Assembly: GCF_964188315.1 (NCBI RefSeq)
Contig: NC_135663.1
Coordinates: forward strand, 20,956,001-21,020,000
DNA length: 64,000 nt
Direction of reading: 5' to 3'
Source: Podarcis muralis
Lineage: Eukaryota
In this document: piece by piece, positions 1-22,895 of the stretch
How the letters are laid out: each line of letters opens with the position of its first letter
How positions within the stretch are numbered: the first letter of the stretch is position 1
Translations under genes and position numbers: made by a program
Notes under the pieces: generated by a model
Told to the model about the DNA's origin: nothing
What the model saw: the letters and a program-made list of their open reading frames with translations, nothing else
Database searches by the model: none

Positions 1-723
1 TAATGTGGAATAAAATTATACTGATTTGAGTGTATTTTACATCGTGACATTTTAGGATGCTGGTAAGTTCATATATTGCAACACAGTCATTGTGGAATCT
101 TTCTGACAGTAGCTGCAGCCTATTTTAAAATATTGCATCAGTATAGTTTGAGCTTCTGTTCCCTAAATGACCTCTAAAAATACTACAGCTTTAAAACAAA
201 ACATTTCATATCTTTAAATGGAAATAAATCTCTAGCAGAAAGTTACAGTAAATATTTACATACTGTGAGATTATTGCTGGACAAAGATTTTGCTTAAAAA
301 AACGGAAAGCCTTAATGGTTCTTACATAATGTTTCCTTATATAATTGAAACAGCAAGGCCCGAAATCAGTCACAAGAGTGTTGCTGCTGCAATGAGAGTA
401 GAAAACCAAGCACTTAAATGAGGGTTGGAGGAGGAATTGGTTTTACCTTTAAAATTTGTAGTTTCTACTCCAGGAGAGCTTGGCCTGCATTGGGTCGTCT
501 CTTGAACTGAAGACCTAATTATGTCTGAGGCCGTTATTCATTATGTGTGTGTGGAGAGGGGTTTGATTAAAAAAGAAAGTGCAAGTAAAACACTTCCTAG
601 TTCCCAGTATAAATGGGTCAAGTCTCATGTGGTAGTATATTTCCGCAACATAATCTTGTAAATATTAGTAAGTAACTATATTTATGCAGTTAATTCATTG
701 TTGTATACTTTAGGAAATGTATA

Positions 724-953
724 GAGTCGTACCTTGGAAGCCAAACAAAATCTGTTCCGGATGTCCATCGACTTCCAAGATGTTTGACTTCCAAGGCGCG
801 GCTTCCTGCAGCCAATCGGAAGCTGCGGAAGCCTCGCCGGACATTTGGCTTCCAAATGAACATTCGCAAACTTAAGCAGTCACTTCCAGGTTTGCAGCGC
901 TCGGGAGCCAAAACATTTGACTGCCAAGGCGTTCGTCAAACAAGTTATGACTG
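724..953. mobile_element. Tc1/mariner (Tigger-like) MITE
   Basis: Degenerate TIRs (GAGTCGTACCTTG ... CAAGTTATGACTG) flanked by TA on both sides; 230 bp, non-coding. Confidence 0.65.
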
Positions 954-1210
954 TACTTAAAACATAGAAGTATACCCTAAACTTCTGTGATTATGTACAC
1001 TCCTGTATATATCTGAGTACATATAATATTACAATATAATAATGAATATTATGTGCAATCATTTTTCATTTTTTGTAGAATTGTAAAAAACAAAACAAAA
1101 ACTCCCCCTAATTCTTTATTGAGATCAAGGATTAAGACAGAAACTGGAAGGAAATCTCTTTTGAGGATGAAAAGAGTACCCCATGCTCCTCAGCTAGTCC
1201 ACTGAGTGTG

Positions 1211-1778
1211 TGTGCTGGTCCAGGGGGGAGGTTACCGTGGGGCAAGGTCCAGGAGCTGAGTCAAGGGTCGGCAGACAGTCCTCCGTGGGTGAAGCGGGGT
1301 CCACAGCGAGGAGCCGGGCAAGGACAGGAACTCTGGGGGAACCGGACTGGGTGCTGGCCGAAACAGCTCTTCAACGACGTTGCTCCCGCAATCTGGGACC
1401 GGGCTGACTGGCCTTTATCTTCTCTGAGGCCAGGGGCGGTCCTGGCCCCCAGGAGACCCGCCTCTTCTGGCCGTGAGGCGAGCACTCCTCCTGGGAGAAA
1501 CCAGTTCCCTCCGCCTCTCTGCCCTGAGCCTCTGCAGTTCAGGAGAGGCTGAAGGGTTACTGGACCCAGGGGGAGACTCACCTGTAGGCACTGAGTCCTC
1601 AACCACCTCCGGAGCCAGAGTGGATTCACCTGGTGCCTACTCCTGAGGATCCGGCACAGGTGCAGGCGCTTCAGAATCAAGGTCCTGCCCCAGTTCAGCC
1701 GGCCCTGGAGGCGGGGACTCCTGTGCAGGCTGGGATTCCTCCGGTTCAGCCTCTGAATCGGATTCCCAGGCCATCACA
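1211..1778 (-). mobile_element. Solo LTR (LTR retroelement, family unassigned)
   Basis: TG...CA termini with short imperfect inverted ends (TGTGCTGG/CCATCACA); exact 5-bp TSD GTGTG at 1206-1210 and 1779-1783; GC-rich. Orientation inferred from the internal reading frame. Confidence 0.75.
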
Positions 1779-1844
1779 GTGTGTCTGTGAAGGGTGTGTG
1801 TGTTAAGGGTGTCTGTGTGTCATTGTATGTGCTTCTGTCTTAAG

Positions 1845-2609
1845 CAGGGGTCCGCAAACTATGGTATGCGGGCTGGATCTGGCCCACCAGGGTCCTGAAC
1901 CCTCCCCGCCCGCCTCTATCTTAATTTTTTTATAGCTGTAAAACTGACTCATCGGCTCAATGGGGCAGCCCTACATTGCAAGCACCCAACCAAAAATGGA
2001 GCTCTCTTTGAGGCGCGCAAACCAAACCAAATAATAAAATAAAAATAAAGATGCAACAGCAATGGCCTGAGATGCTGCGCCCACCGCCGGGAGAGGCGGG
2101 GCCTACAAGCCTTCTAGTTCTGACTCGGCGTGACTTTCCTCCTTCTAGTTCCGGCAAAAGGTGCGCTGCCCTGGATCCAGCTGCAGCTCCCTTAATTCCC
2201 ACTCCCAGGCGCAGCCAGCCTTGAGTCGCGTGCAATTAATGCTTCCCCATGTTCCTCTTAGACTGCGTTTCTCCCTGCCTTGTGAGTGCTGTGGAGGAGG
2301 CTCCTCAGAGGCAGCGTAAGAAACCTGGAACACTCTGTCACAAGAGACCAGGGCCCTGCGGGACTTGACATCTTTCCGCAGGGCCTGCAAGACAGAGCTG
2401 TTCCACCAGGCCTTTGGCCAGGGCACAGCCTGACTCCCTCCCTCGGCAATCTTCGCGGAGCTCTGGCCCAATGGCTGCCAATGGCTTGAATTAATTAATT
2501 TTATAATGAATGATTTTAGAGTGCTGTTTATGCTGTACTTTTGTACTGTTTTATTGTTGTTAGCCGCCCTGAGCCCGGCTTCGGCTGGGGAGGGCGGGAT
2601 ATAAATAAA

Positions 2610-2660
<51 letters not shown>

Positions 2661-2991
2661 CAGCACGCAGGTTTCTCCCTTTGCTGCCGCTCCCGGGGGT
2701 TTGTGTGGGAAGCAGCATGCACGGAAATCATTATGTAAAAAAAGAAAAGAAAAACTGACTCTGAGTGCAGGCCCATGCTTCCCATCGAAATACTTATAAG
2801 TTTATGTTGATAAAAATCGTTCTTCATTTTAAATATTGTATTGTTTTTCCTGTTTTTTGTGCACTACCAATAAAATATGTGCAGTATGCATAGGAATTCA
2901 TTCATATTTTTTTTCAAACTATAGTCCGGCTCCCAGGAGTGTCTGAGGGACAGTGAACTGGCCCCCTGTTTAAAAAGCTTGAGAGCCCCTG
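1845..2991. mobile_element. Non-autonomous hAT element with heterogeneous internal cargo
   Basis: TIRs CAGGGGTCCGCAAACT ... AGCTTGAGAGCCCCTG; exact 8-bp TSD GTCTTAAG (1837-1844, 2992-2999), the TSD length typical of hAT. Confidence 0.85.
2250..2660 (+). mobile_element. L2-type LINE 3' fragment with (TAT)n tail, nested in the hAT element
   Basis: Lizard L2-like 3' end (...TTGTTAGCCGCCCTGAGCCC...GGGCGGGATATAAATAAAAT) followed by (TAT)n at about 2614-2660. The 5' boundary is approximate. Confidence 0.6.
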
Positions 2992-3699
2992 GTCTTAAGG
3001 GTGTGTATGAAGAGTATGTGTTAAGGGTGTGTTTAGCCCCATCTAAGCTTGGGTTTGGCTCCACCCACTGCTGGAATGAGCCCCCCAAGAGCTTTCTATC
3101 CAGATAATCCAACACTTTGGTTGAAAAAATATTCCTCATGCCTGGTATAGGAGGTCCTCTTACATCAGGAGCTCAGTTGTGTTGTTGGCAATGGCATAGC
3201 ACCCAAAACTCTTCCATTTGGTGGAGGCAGTCAGAACCCCAGGCCTGAAGCCTAACATGCTACATTTGCCAGGAAGAGAAGGAGCAAATGCCCCATGAAG
3301 TGAGCCGGTGGTACTTGCTTCCTCAAGATGAGGAATTCGTGCCCATTAAGCTAGGTGCCAGTAGGAGGGTAAGAGTCAGTTGGGGTAGTCTCCATCCCAC
3401 CTCCTCCCTTCCTTGGTGCCATTCAGTGACAGATGCTGCCATCACACTAGATGACAGGTGAGGGTAGCCCATAACACAGCAAGCAAGCAGAGAACAGGTT
3501 TGCCTAGTGTGTTCCTTCATCCCTCTCTTACTCACCCAACAAACAAAATGGAAGAACGGACTGTGTATTGACAATAGCTGTGACAGGTGATAAAACATAT
3601 CCAGTGGGCTTGCCAATTAACCTTGAGCACATAAGTGTTATTGTGGGGTTTTTTTTGTCAGCTTCCCCTTATAATATGCCCACAGTAACAAACAAATTA

Positions 3700-4057
3700 G
3701 GGACGCGGGTGGCGCTGTGGGTAAAAGCCTCAGCGCCTACGGCTTGCCGATCGAAAGGTCAGCGGTTCGAATCCCCGCGGCAGGGTGTGCTCCTGTTGTT
3801 CGGTCCCAGCGCCTGCCAACCTAGCAGTTCGAAAGCACCCCCGGGTGCAAGTAGATAAATAGGGACCGCTTACTAGCGGGAAGGTAAACGGCGTTTCCGT
3901 GTGCGGCTCTGGCTCGCCAGAGCAGCTTTGTCACGCTGGCCACGTGACCCGGAAGTGTCTCCGGACAGCGCTGGCCCCCGGCCTCTTGAGTGAGATGGGC
4001 GCACAACCCTAGAGTCTGTCAAGACTGGCCCGTACGGGCAGGGGTACCTTTACCTTT
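3700..4057 (+). mobile_element. Sauria SINE (full length)
   Basis: tRNA-derived head GGGACGCGGGTGGCGCTGTGGG...GGTTCGAATCCC, (ACCTTT)n tail, TSD TAACAAACAAAT on both sides. Confidence 0.9.
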
Positions 4058-4919
4058 TAACAAACAAATGCCCAATGCTATAAGAATGAATTCCATTTTA
4101 TTTCTTGTCTGCTGCTGTTAAGCTGTTTTTCAATGTCAAAACATACGCACTGCAATGTCAGGAAGTAAGAACTTTCTGATTTCTTACAGAAAGGAAGTAA
4201 GAACTTTCTCATTTAGCTGTTGCAGTGGCAAAGTGCATAGAGTACATGGCAAGATTAGATCTTTCTCAGGAAAGCTAACAAGAACAGGCATGGTTCCTGT
4301 GTTTAAGAGAGGCTCAACTTCTATTGTTTGAGAAACGACAGGAAGGATAAGAGTTCACCAAGAATGGAATGTATCGCCTGTTAAGCATTAGAATCATAGA
4401 ATTGTGGAGTTGGAAGGGACCCCAGGGCCATCTAGTTCAACTCCCTGCAGTGTAGGAATCCTGTCCACAGCCTTCCCCAAGTGGCTCAAAACACCAACCT
4501 TCTAGCTAACAGTGATTGTTCAGGCGAAATAGCTAGGGCATCTTTTTCAGTTTTCCACTGAAATCTTCACCAGAGCCAGTGATTCTGTTTTTCTGAGGTT
4601 TGGCTGGCCATCTTCCCCAACTGTGTTGCACACCACCAAATTGCGGTAAGTTGTCTGGAGGTCATGTAGGAGCTTTGCTGCCCCACCCATCCAGGGAAGC
4701 AAGAGACATTACAGTGGTACCTCGGGTTAAGTACTTAATTTGTTCTGGAGGTCCATTCTTAACCTGAAACTGCTCTTAACCTGAAGCACCACTTTAGCTA
4801 ATGGGGCCTCCTGCTGCCGCCGCGCTGCCAGAGCACGATTTCTATTCTCATCCTGAAGAAAAGTTCTTAACCCGAGGTAATATGTCTGGGTTAGCAGAGT
4901 CTGTAACCTGAAGCGTATG

Positions 4920-5700
4920 TGTCAGAGGCTGCCCTAGGTCCCAGCTCACAAAGGACCAACGCCAGGTCGTTGTTATATGAAATAGTCTTTATTTAAGTTC
5001 TGTTTCTTTCTTACATTCTCAGCGTGCAGCTCTACGTCTCGAACTCTAGACCGCCGAAGCTCCGTCTGAGTCTCCTCCCCCCAGGCACCAGTTTAAGACC
5101 CTAGTCTTGCTCCACCTCTTCCTTTGTTCTTTCCTCCTCTGGGTCCTCTTGCCCGCCGAGGACTCGCCTTTCCTAGACACTTCAGAAGCTGAGTCTCCCG
5201 AGTCCTCCCCCAGCCTTCGGCGGGCTTTAGGACCTGGTTCCCACTCCGGGCTGTCAGCAGTCCCGCGCGCCTGTACATTTGAACTTGGCGCGCGCGCGCA
5301 GCCCGACACCTTCCTCCTCACTGCTACACAGCTCCTGTCGCTACTCTCTTCCCCAGGGGTGCTGCCTGGCTCTGACTTCCCCTCCATTCCCTCACTCTCC
5401 GACGGGGGCGTGGCCAGACCTGACTCCTCTTCCCCCCCACTGCGCTCCGGTGGGGAAACTGGTCCTGATCTCCAGCTACTACTTTGGGAGTCTCCGCTGG
5501 CCCCTTGCTTCTGGTGTGTCCCCTCTGGGACCCCCTTCTCCCTGGCCGTCGGCGCCCCCTTCTGGGAGTCTTCTGATTCACTGGAGAGGCTTATGGAATC
5601 TCTCGAGTCACTGTCATTCTGTTCTCCGCTACCCTCAGATTCCTCCCCCTCGCTCTCCATTTCCTCTCTCCCCTGTGGCTCAGTCCCTGAGCCCCTGACA
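4920..5700 (-). mobile_element. Solo LTR (781 bp) with long internal ORF
   Basis: TGTCAG...CTGACA termini; exact 5-bp TSD GTATG (4915-4919, 5701-5705); AATAAA near the 3' end on the minus strand; homologous to 7994-8773. Confidence 0.9.
5046..5699 (-). other. Putative LTR-encoded ORF (217 codons, acidic N-half and basic C-half, ending LNWCLGGGDSDGASAV*)
   Basis: Frame open from LTR base 2 to TAG. The last 92 aa align without gaps to the 7994-8773 copy at 56/92 identity, with third-position-biased differences. Confidence 0.55.
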
Positions 5701-5849
5701 GTATGTAACCTGAAGCGTATGTAACCCGAGGTACCACTGTATCATAATTCAAAGACGCAGCCTAGTGAAACACTCAAGGAGAATGCAAAGCAGGACTGGT
5801 GAGCGGTGTGCCCTGTGTCAGCAGCAGGCAGCATGGTGGGGCAGCAGAG

Positions 5850-6060
5850 CTCCCCTGATCTCCAGACAACTGTGTCACTGCTTACTGGGGTATGGTGGAG
5901 GGGAGAGCAGCATAGTGCAAGCTCACTGGTGGAGCCAATCTGACATTCCTGCTGGTGTGTTTGCACCACACTGACTTCCCCACCACCTTGCCCCTTCACC
6001 TCTCCTCCCTGTCAGGTCAGGTGACCACTATTATCCTACCACACTGCCAGCTACTCATCT
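5850..6060. repeat. Unclassified old interspersed repeat (related copies near 10600-10775, 26590-26766, 42700-42910)
   Basis: Shared core (TGCAAATGCACCAG...GATTGGCTC...GGTG...TTTGCACCACACTGAC) recurs in these intervals. Boundaries are approximate. Confidence 0.45.
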
Positions 6061-7993
6061 GGGAAGAGGGTATGTGACTGAGGAGGGTGGTTTTTAAAGG
6101 TGGGTCCTTAGGGCCACATAAAGAGGTGGGGGCACATTTGGCCCCTGAACCTGAGTTTCCTCATTCCCATACTGCTACCCGTCTGAATGTATGTTCTCAT
6201 TTTCCTAAATGAACTTTACTTTTGCTTAATACTTCATTTGTTTTTATCCTGGGTTATTCGGGAGCTCTGAAATTCACCAGTGCCTCCTCCCTCTTGAAAA
6301 TACATTATTTTTAAATATAATACAGAACAGAGCTAAAAGCAGGGTGACTGGAACACCACCCCAAATTTAAAAAGGCACTCGTGGATCTATATCACCTTTA
6401 ATCCTGGTGGTTTTAAAACCCCTTTCAATGGTGGCAGCCACCCTATGATTAGTGTTGGCATGACAGCTAGTTGGCCTTCATTAACTTGTAACTGTCAAAG
6501 GTCACACCAAACAGGCTCTATGAGAGGCAAATATGCAAAGATGACTTAAAGTACCCGGTGAGATTATGCTAACCCATTTTCACAATTGCGGAGCTTGAAG
6601 TACTGATACATTTCCATTCATTAGCTGACTTTTATGCCTGAAATCCGTGGATCATATTTAATTAAAAGCTTTAAACTCCCAAACAGTGGCTGTTTTACTT
6701 GCCTCTTAAAAGAGTATTTGAAAAATATCTGGCTATGGATAATATTATGTTTCAGGGCTGAATATATCCTGATATATTCTACATTCTATAGCTATTCTAT
6801 AGCTACAGAGTAAATAATATCCACAGGCCAGTGACGTAAACTAAAAATCAGCCATACAGCTGGCTTATAGTTAGTGAAGATCAAGTTTCAGCTCTGAGCT
6901 TGTTAACAAGTTACACAGCTAAATATATACCCAAGCCACTAAAGGAGACATCAGAAATGGGTGGTTGTAAAGGTCTGTTTATTCAGCTATATATGTCCTT
7001 TTTTGGCTATTAAAGCCAGTTAGTAAAGTCAGTAACAAAAAGGAAATAGTTTCCATAGTGGAAGTAGCTATACCCTCCAGATTAGGGATGGGGAAGAAAT
7101 CTGGTTTGCATTTCAATGAGAAGTTGCTTCCTTCATACTTTTTGAATTAACACACAAATCACAAGACAATTATCCTTTGAAATTCTCACGTCTCTGAATT
7201 TTGCGATGTAGTTCTCCAACCAAGCAATGTGCACTAAAATGCATATATTAGGAGAATATGCTTGAAGAAATGCATGTATTAGTAAAAAACTATTTACAAA
7301 AATGAGTATATTAGGAGGAACACACAATAAAATGCTAATGAATTTTCACCAGTACTTTTTATAAAATGACGTATTGCTGCAGAGATGTGTGGAATCCAAT
7401 TTAAGAGTGAGTTTCTCTTTTGAGTTTTTCCCTTTTTCCAAACTGACAGCTTCAGCCACATCTTCTCCAGATGTTGTTGGACTATGACTCCCATCATCCT
7501 TGACCCCTGGCCACGCTAGGAATAGGCACCTAACAACATCTGGAAGGCACTGCATGCCCCACCCCGCTCTTCACTAGCAAGTGCTGTTACTGCTGTTGCT
7601 AATAGTTCTAAAAGAAAAAGCACATTACACGATTAGCAGATCATGTATGTGATGCAAAGAAGGAATTTACATGCAAGCAAGTTTCATCTGGAGTTTCTTT
7701 TGAGCCTCTACTCGATTTACAAACTGGCCTTTCTCCTCAAGAGTGGGAGCCACTGCACAGAAAGTTGCAGTCAGTGCCAATGGAGAGGCCTTGCTCTTTT
7801 GGCTTGCAAGCGACGGACTCTCTACAGCTAAACTATTGCTGCTTGTTTGCTTTCTGTTGAGCTCCTGGGGAATGTTTTAAAAGACTGCTCTGGGGCACCC
7901 ATATATCCTAAGATGTCTGAGGAAATGAGCGTGCGATTGGGTGCTGCCTACAGAGTTCCTATAGGCCTTGCTGGAAAAAACAAGGATAGTACC

Positions 7994-8773
7994 TGTCAGG
8001 GGTTCAGGGAGAGAGGCACAGATGAGGGAGGAGACTGAGAGCGAGGGGGAAGAATCCAGGAACGAGGAGGAGGAGGATGACAATGACTTGAGGGCTTCCA
8101 TGAGTCTCTCAAGTGAATCGGAGGATTCCCAAAAGGGGGCGCCCCTGGTCAGGCCAAGGGGAGCCACAGGGGGGACTCGTCAGGAGCAGGGGAGCAGCAG
8201 GGAAACCCCGAGTGGGAGTGGGAGATCGGGGCCGGCTTCCCAGCTGGAACGGAGTGAAGAGGGTGGAGTTCCCAGTGTGACACAAGGAGCAGAGCAGGAA
8301 GCAGAGAGGGGAAGGAGGGGCAAGACGTCCTGCCGGAAGGGGTGGAGAGTAGTACAGAGAGTAGTATAACTGTCAAGAGGAAGGTCAGGGGTAGCGAACG
8401 CGCGCCAAGTTCAAATGTGGAGGCGCGCGGAAATGCGGAGAGCCCGGAGGAGGAGCCTGGTCCCAAAGCACGGAGGAGGGGGGAGCAGGCGTCTGGGGAC
8501 TCAGCGTCAGGGGAAAGCAGGAGGGAAGGAACCCAGGGGGGCAGAAAGACCCTGCGGAAAAGGAAGGACAGGAAGAGGTGGACTAGCACAAGCCTCTTAA
8601 ACTGGTGTAGAGGCGGGACTGATTCAGAGGGGACTTCAGCGGTCTAAGCGTAACAGACGTGGGGCTGCGCGCCTCGGCTGTGGAACAAACAATGTACTTC
8701 AATAAAGACTTTTGTAAATAAAGTGGACTTGGCGTTGGTCTCTTGTGAGCTGGGACCTGAGGCGGCCCTGACA
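7994..8773 (+). mobile_element. Solo LTR (780 bp), same family as 4920-5700
   Basis: TGTCAG...CTGACA termini; exact 5-bp TSD GTACC (7989-7993, 8774-8778); AATAAA near 8701; internal frame 7995-8647 carries a net 1-nt frameshift. Confidence 0.9.
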
Positions 8774-9050
8774 GTACCTATCAGCTGTTCAGGAAAGGAA
8801 CAATGTTGTTCTTCTTGCTCTCCAAGTCAGCTAATAGTGCTATCACCACTCATGCATACCTAGCCTGCCCCAGATGTAATGAGTCCCACTGAGATGAGAA
8901 AGAAGCATTGTCAGTTGTGCCAAGGAAATGTCTTGTCAAAGGATCACATTGTAAGAACGACCCACCCGCAGGGACAAAAGGTCCAAGTATGATAAACATA
9001 AGAATCTAGGATCAGATCCCTGTTGGATCAGACCGAGGGTCCATCTATTT

Positions 9051-9188
9051 CAGCAGTTCTCAACTTGTGGGTCCACAGATGTTGTTGGACTACAACTCCC
9101 ATCATCCCTGAGCTCTGGCCTTGCTAGCTAGGGGTGATGGGAGTTGTAGTTCAGCAACATATGGGGACCCACTGGTTGAGAAAGGCTG
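9051..9188. mobile_element. hAT-type palindromic MITE inserted in an LF-SINE-like fragment
   Basis: CAGCAGTTCTCAAC...GTTGAGAAAGGCTG ends, internal ACTACAACTCCCATCATCCC/GGGAGTTGTAGT palindrome, degenerate 8-bp TSD (ATCTATTT/ATCTAGTC). Confidence 0.6.
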
Positions 9189-9846
9189 ATCTAGTCCAAT
9201 GTCCTGTTTCACACAATAGCTAACCAGATGCTTCTGGGAGATGCACAAGCAGCTCATGAAGGCAATGGGCCTCTCCTGTTGGAGCTCCCCATCAATTATG
9301 GTATTGATCTGATATAGGCTGTATTCAGGGGTGGGTTATATTTGGAGCGATATGGTGGTATTCTTAGGGATATACTCCCCCTAAATCTGGAGGTTTCATT
9401 TAGTTATTATCCCCCGTAGCCCTAGTCAGAGAATTTGTTAGTCCAGCACTGAGTGAAAGTCTAAAGGGTATTGTAAGTGCATAGGCTGCTGTGAATGGGA
9501 ACCCTGATCATGCAGAAAGGGTCAAGGTCACAAGCAAACTGTATATTTAAAACATACACAAAGCACATTGTTTCTCCCCCAAAAATCCTGGGAACTCTAG
9601 TTTGTTAAGGGGTCTTGGAATTGTAGCTCTGTGAGTCGTGATTGTTAAAGTGGTGTGATAGCGTTTTAAATGTGTAGTGTGTTCACAATGGCTCATTGCA
9701 ACAGGTGATGGTGAACTGGTTGGAAAGTTCCTATCTGGACACCAGAGGGCTCCAGCAACATCTTAAAAGCACCCGCACCCTGCATTTGCAGGGCTACAAT
9801 AACGGATATAAGGGTTACATGTTTCCCCTACATTTGCTTCTCAACT

Positions 9847-9852
9847 TTTATT
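9847..9852 (-). terminator. Candidate polyadenylation signal (AATAAA) of ADH gene A
   Basis: First minus-strand AATAAA, about 120 nt downstream of the stop codon. Confidence 0.45.
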
Positions 9853-9973
9853 GGTTGTAAACCCTCAACCATTTCAATAAAAGCTCAGTTGAATTTGGGG
9901 AGGGATGCAAATGATCTGCAGGATGGCAAGCTGTATTCAGCTGTGGCCCCTCTTGCTAGATGCTTCTGGAGGT

Positions 9974-21902
<11,929 letters not shown>

Positions 21903-22093
21903 GTGTCTGGATCGTGACTTTCAGTCTTCCCACAAGTTTACTTCTTTACAAAGGACTTCTCTTCTTGCTTATCACTCCTTGCCTAATGCAAGAACATACA
22001 CACAGAGTAGTATTTCCACCACACACACATACACAATGTATTATCTATGATAGGCCATCTGGGAAAGGGGAGGGGCCATTTCCAGCTGGCATT

Positions 22094-22123
22094 CAAAGTT
22101 CTTTCCTTCTTGGCAAATATTTA
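22094..22123 (-). promoter_or_regulatory. Candidate HNF4-like + FOXA-like composite site upstream of gene A
   Basis: CAAAGTTCT followed by GCAAATATTTA about 190-220 nt upstream of the ATG; same order upstream of gene B (35372-35400) and the class I gene (60315-60337). Confidence 0.4.
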
Positions 22124-22895
22124 GTTTAAATCAAATCCCCCTGGATCTGCCATCTAAAGTTAACTATTAAGAGCTAGCACAATACTGGATCCAAAAAGAA
22201 AAAGGTCAGCTCAGTTACAGATTTTTTGACTAAGAACTTGTACATACTAGTAAAAATCATTCTGGTCCGTGTTCGCTTTCTCAAATTATTTATATAAAAT
22301 AGAGCATAATCACAGACAGTGCGTTTACTCAGATGCTAAAAACCCTTAGGGTCAAAACTGGGAGAGAGAAATTCCATTACAAGTTTTTGAAGAATATCTG
22401 TTAGTTTTGTTCTCATGCCAGCTCTCTCATGCCATTTCCTGGTTTGAATCTCTCTCCCCCCCCCCCCCATCTATTTCCCATGGCTGTGTGGATACACAGT
22501 GAATCACATTTAAGTGGAGGGGATGCCTGTACTGAATGCAGTTCTTGCACTTCATTTGCAATGCTTCCTCCTACTTGCGTAGTTCCCCCCTTTTCTGACT
22601 GGTCTCCAGCTAAAATTTCTAGTGTAGATATAGCCCCTGCCCCTGCCTGGGCACCTGGACAGAAGCAACTCCTTCCAAATCCCTTTAACAGGATACCCCT
22701 GAACTCTGGAGAGGCAAGCAGAGGTCTAAGCTGCCAAAGTTGTGACAATTGCTATGAGGTAGGCAAAACCATCAGAGAAGGCCAATTAGACCGATGGACA
22801 AATTCCTGCCTGGCAACCTGCAAAGTCCATCGCAAGGTCAAGCACAGCACACAAAGCATAACAGATAGGGAGGATGAGTAGATTTGACCAGAAAC

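Larger units (their letters stand above)
4712..5739. mobile_element. Tc1/mariner (Tigger-like) MITE interrupted by a solo LTR
   Basis: TIRs CAGTGGTACCTCGGGTT / AACCCGAGGTACCACTG with TA flanks; same family as 20808-21036 and 26280-26521; 242 bp once the LTR and its TSD are removed. Confidence 0.9.

Noticed and set aside
2145-2738. ORFs with poly-Ile or poly-Tyr runs (2145-2666, 2541-2738)
   Set aside because: They are translations of the (TAT)n tail and body of an L2 LINE fragment.
5107-5724. Plus-strand 205-aa and 139-aa ORFs over the LTR
   Set aside because: Antisense shadows of a GA-rich, stop-poor sequence; the codon-position bias I counted is in the opposite-strand frame.
4920-8773. 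The two 780-bp LTRs as the ends of one provirus
   Set aside because: They are in opposite orientation, have different TSDs and are substantially diverged; the 2.3 kb between them has no gag/pol remnants.
1-9000. Expected downstream cluster members (class II ADH4 or class III ADH5 exons)
   Set aside because: I found no ADH-like exon with proper splice sites in this interval; such genes may lie beyond the window edge.
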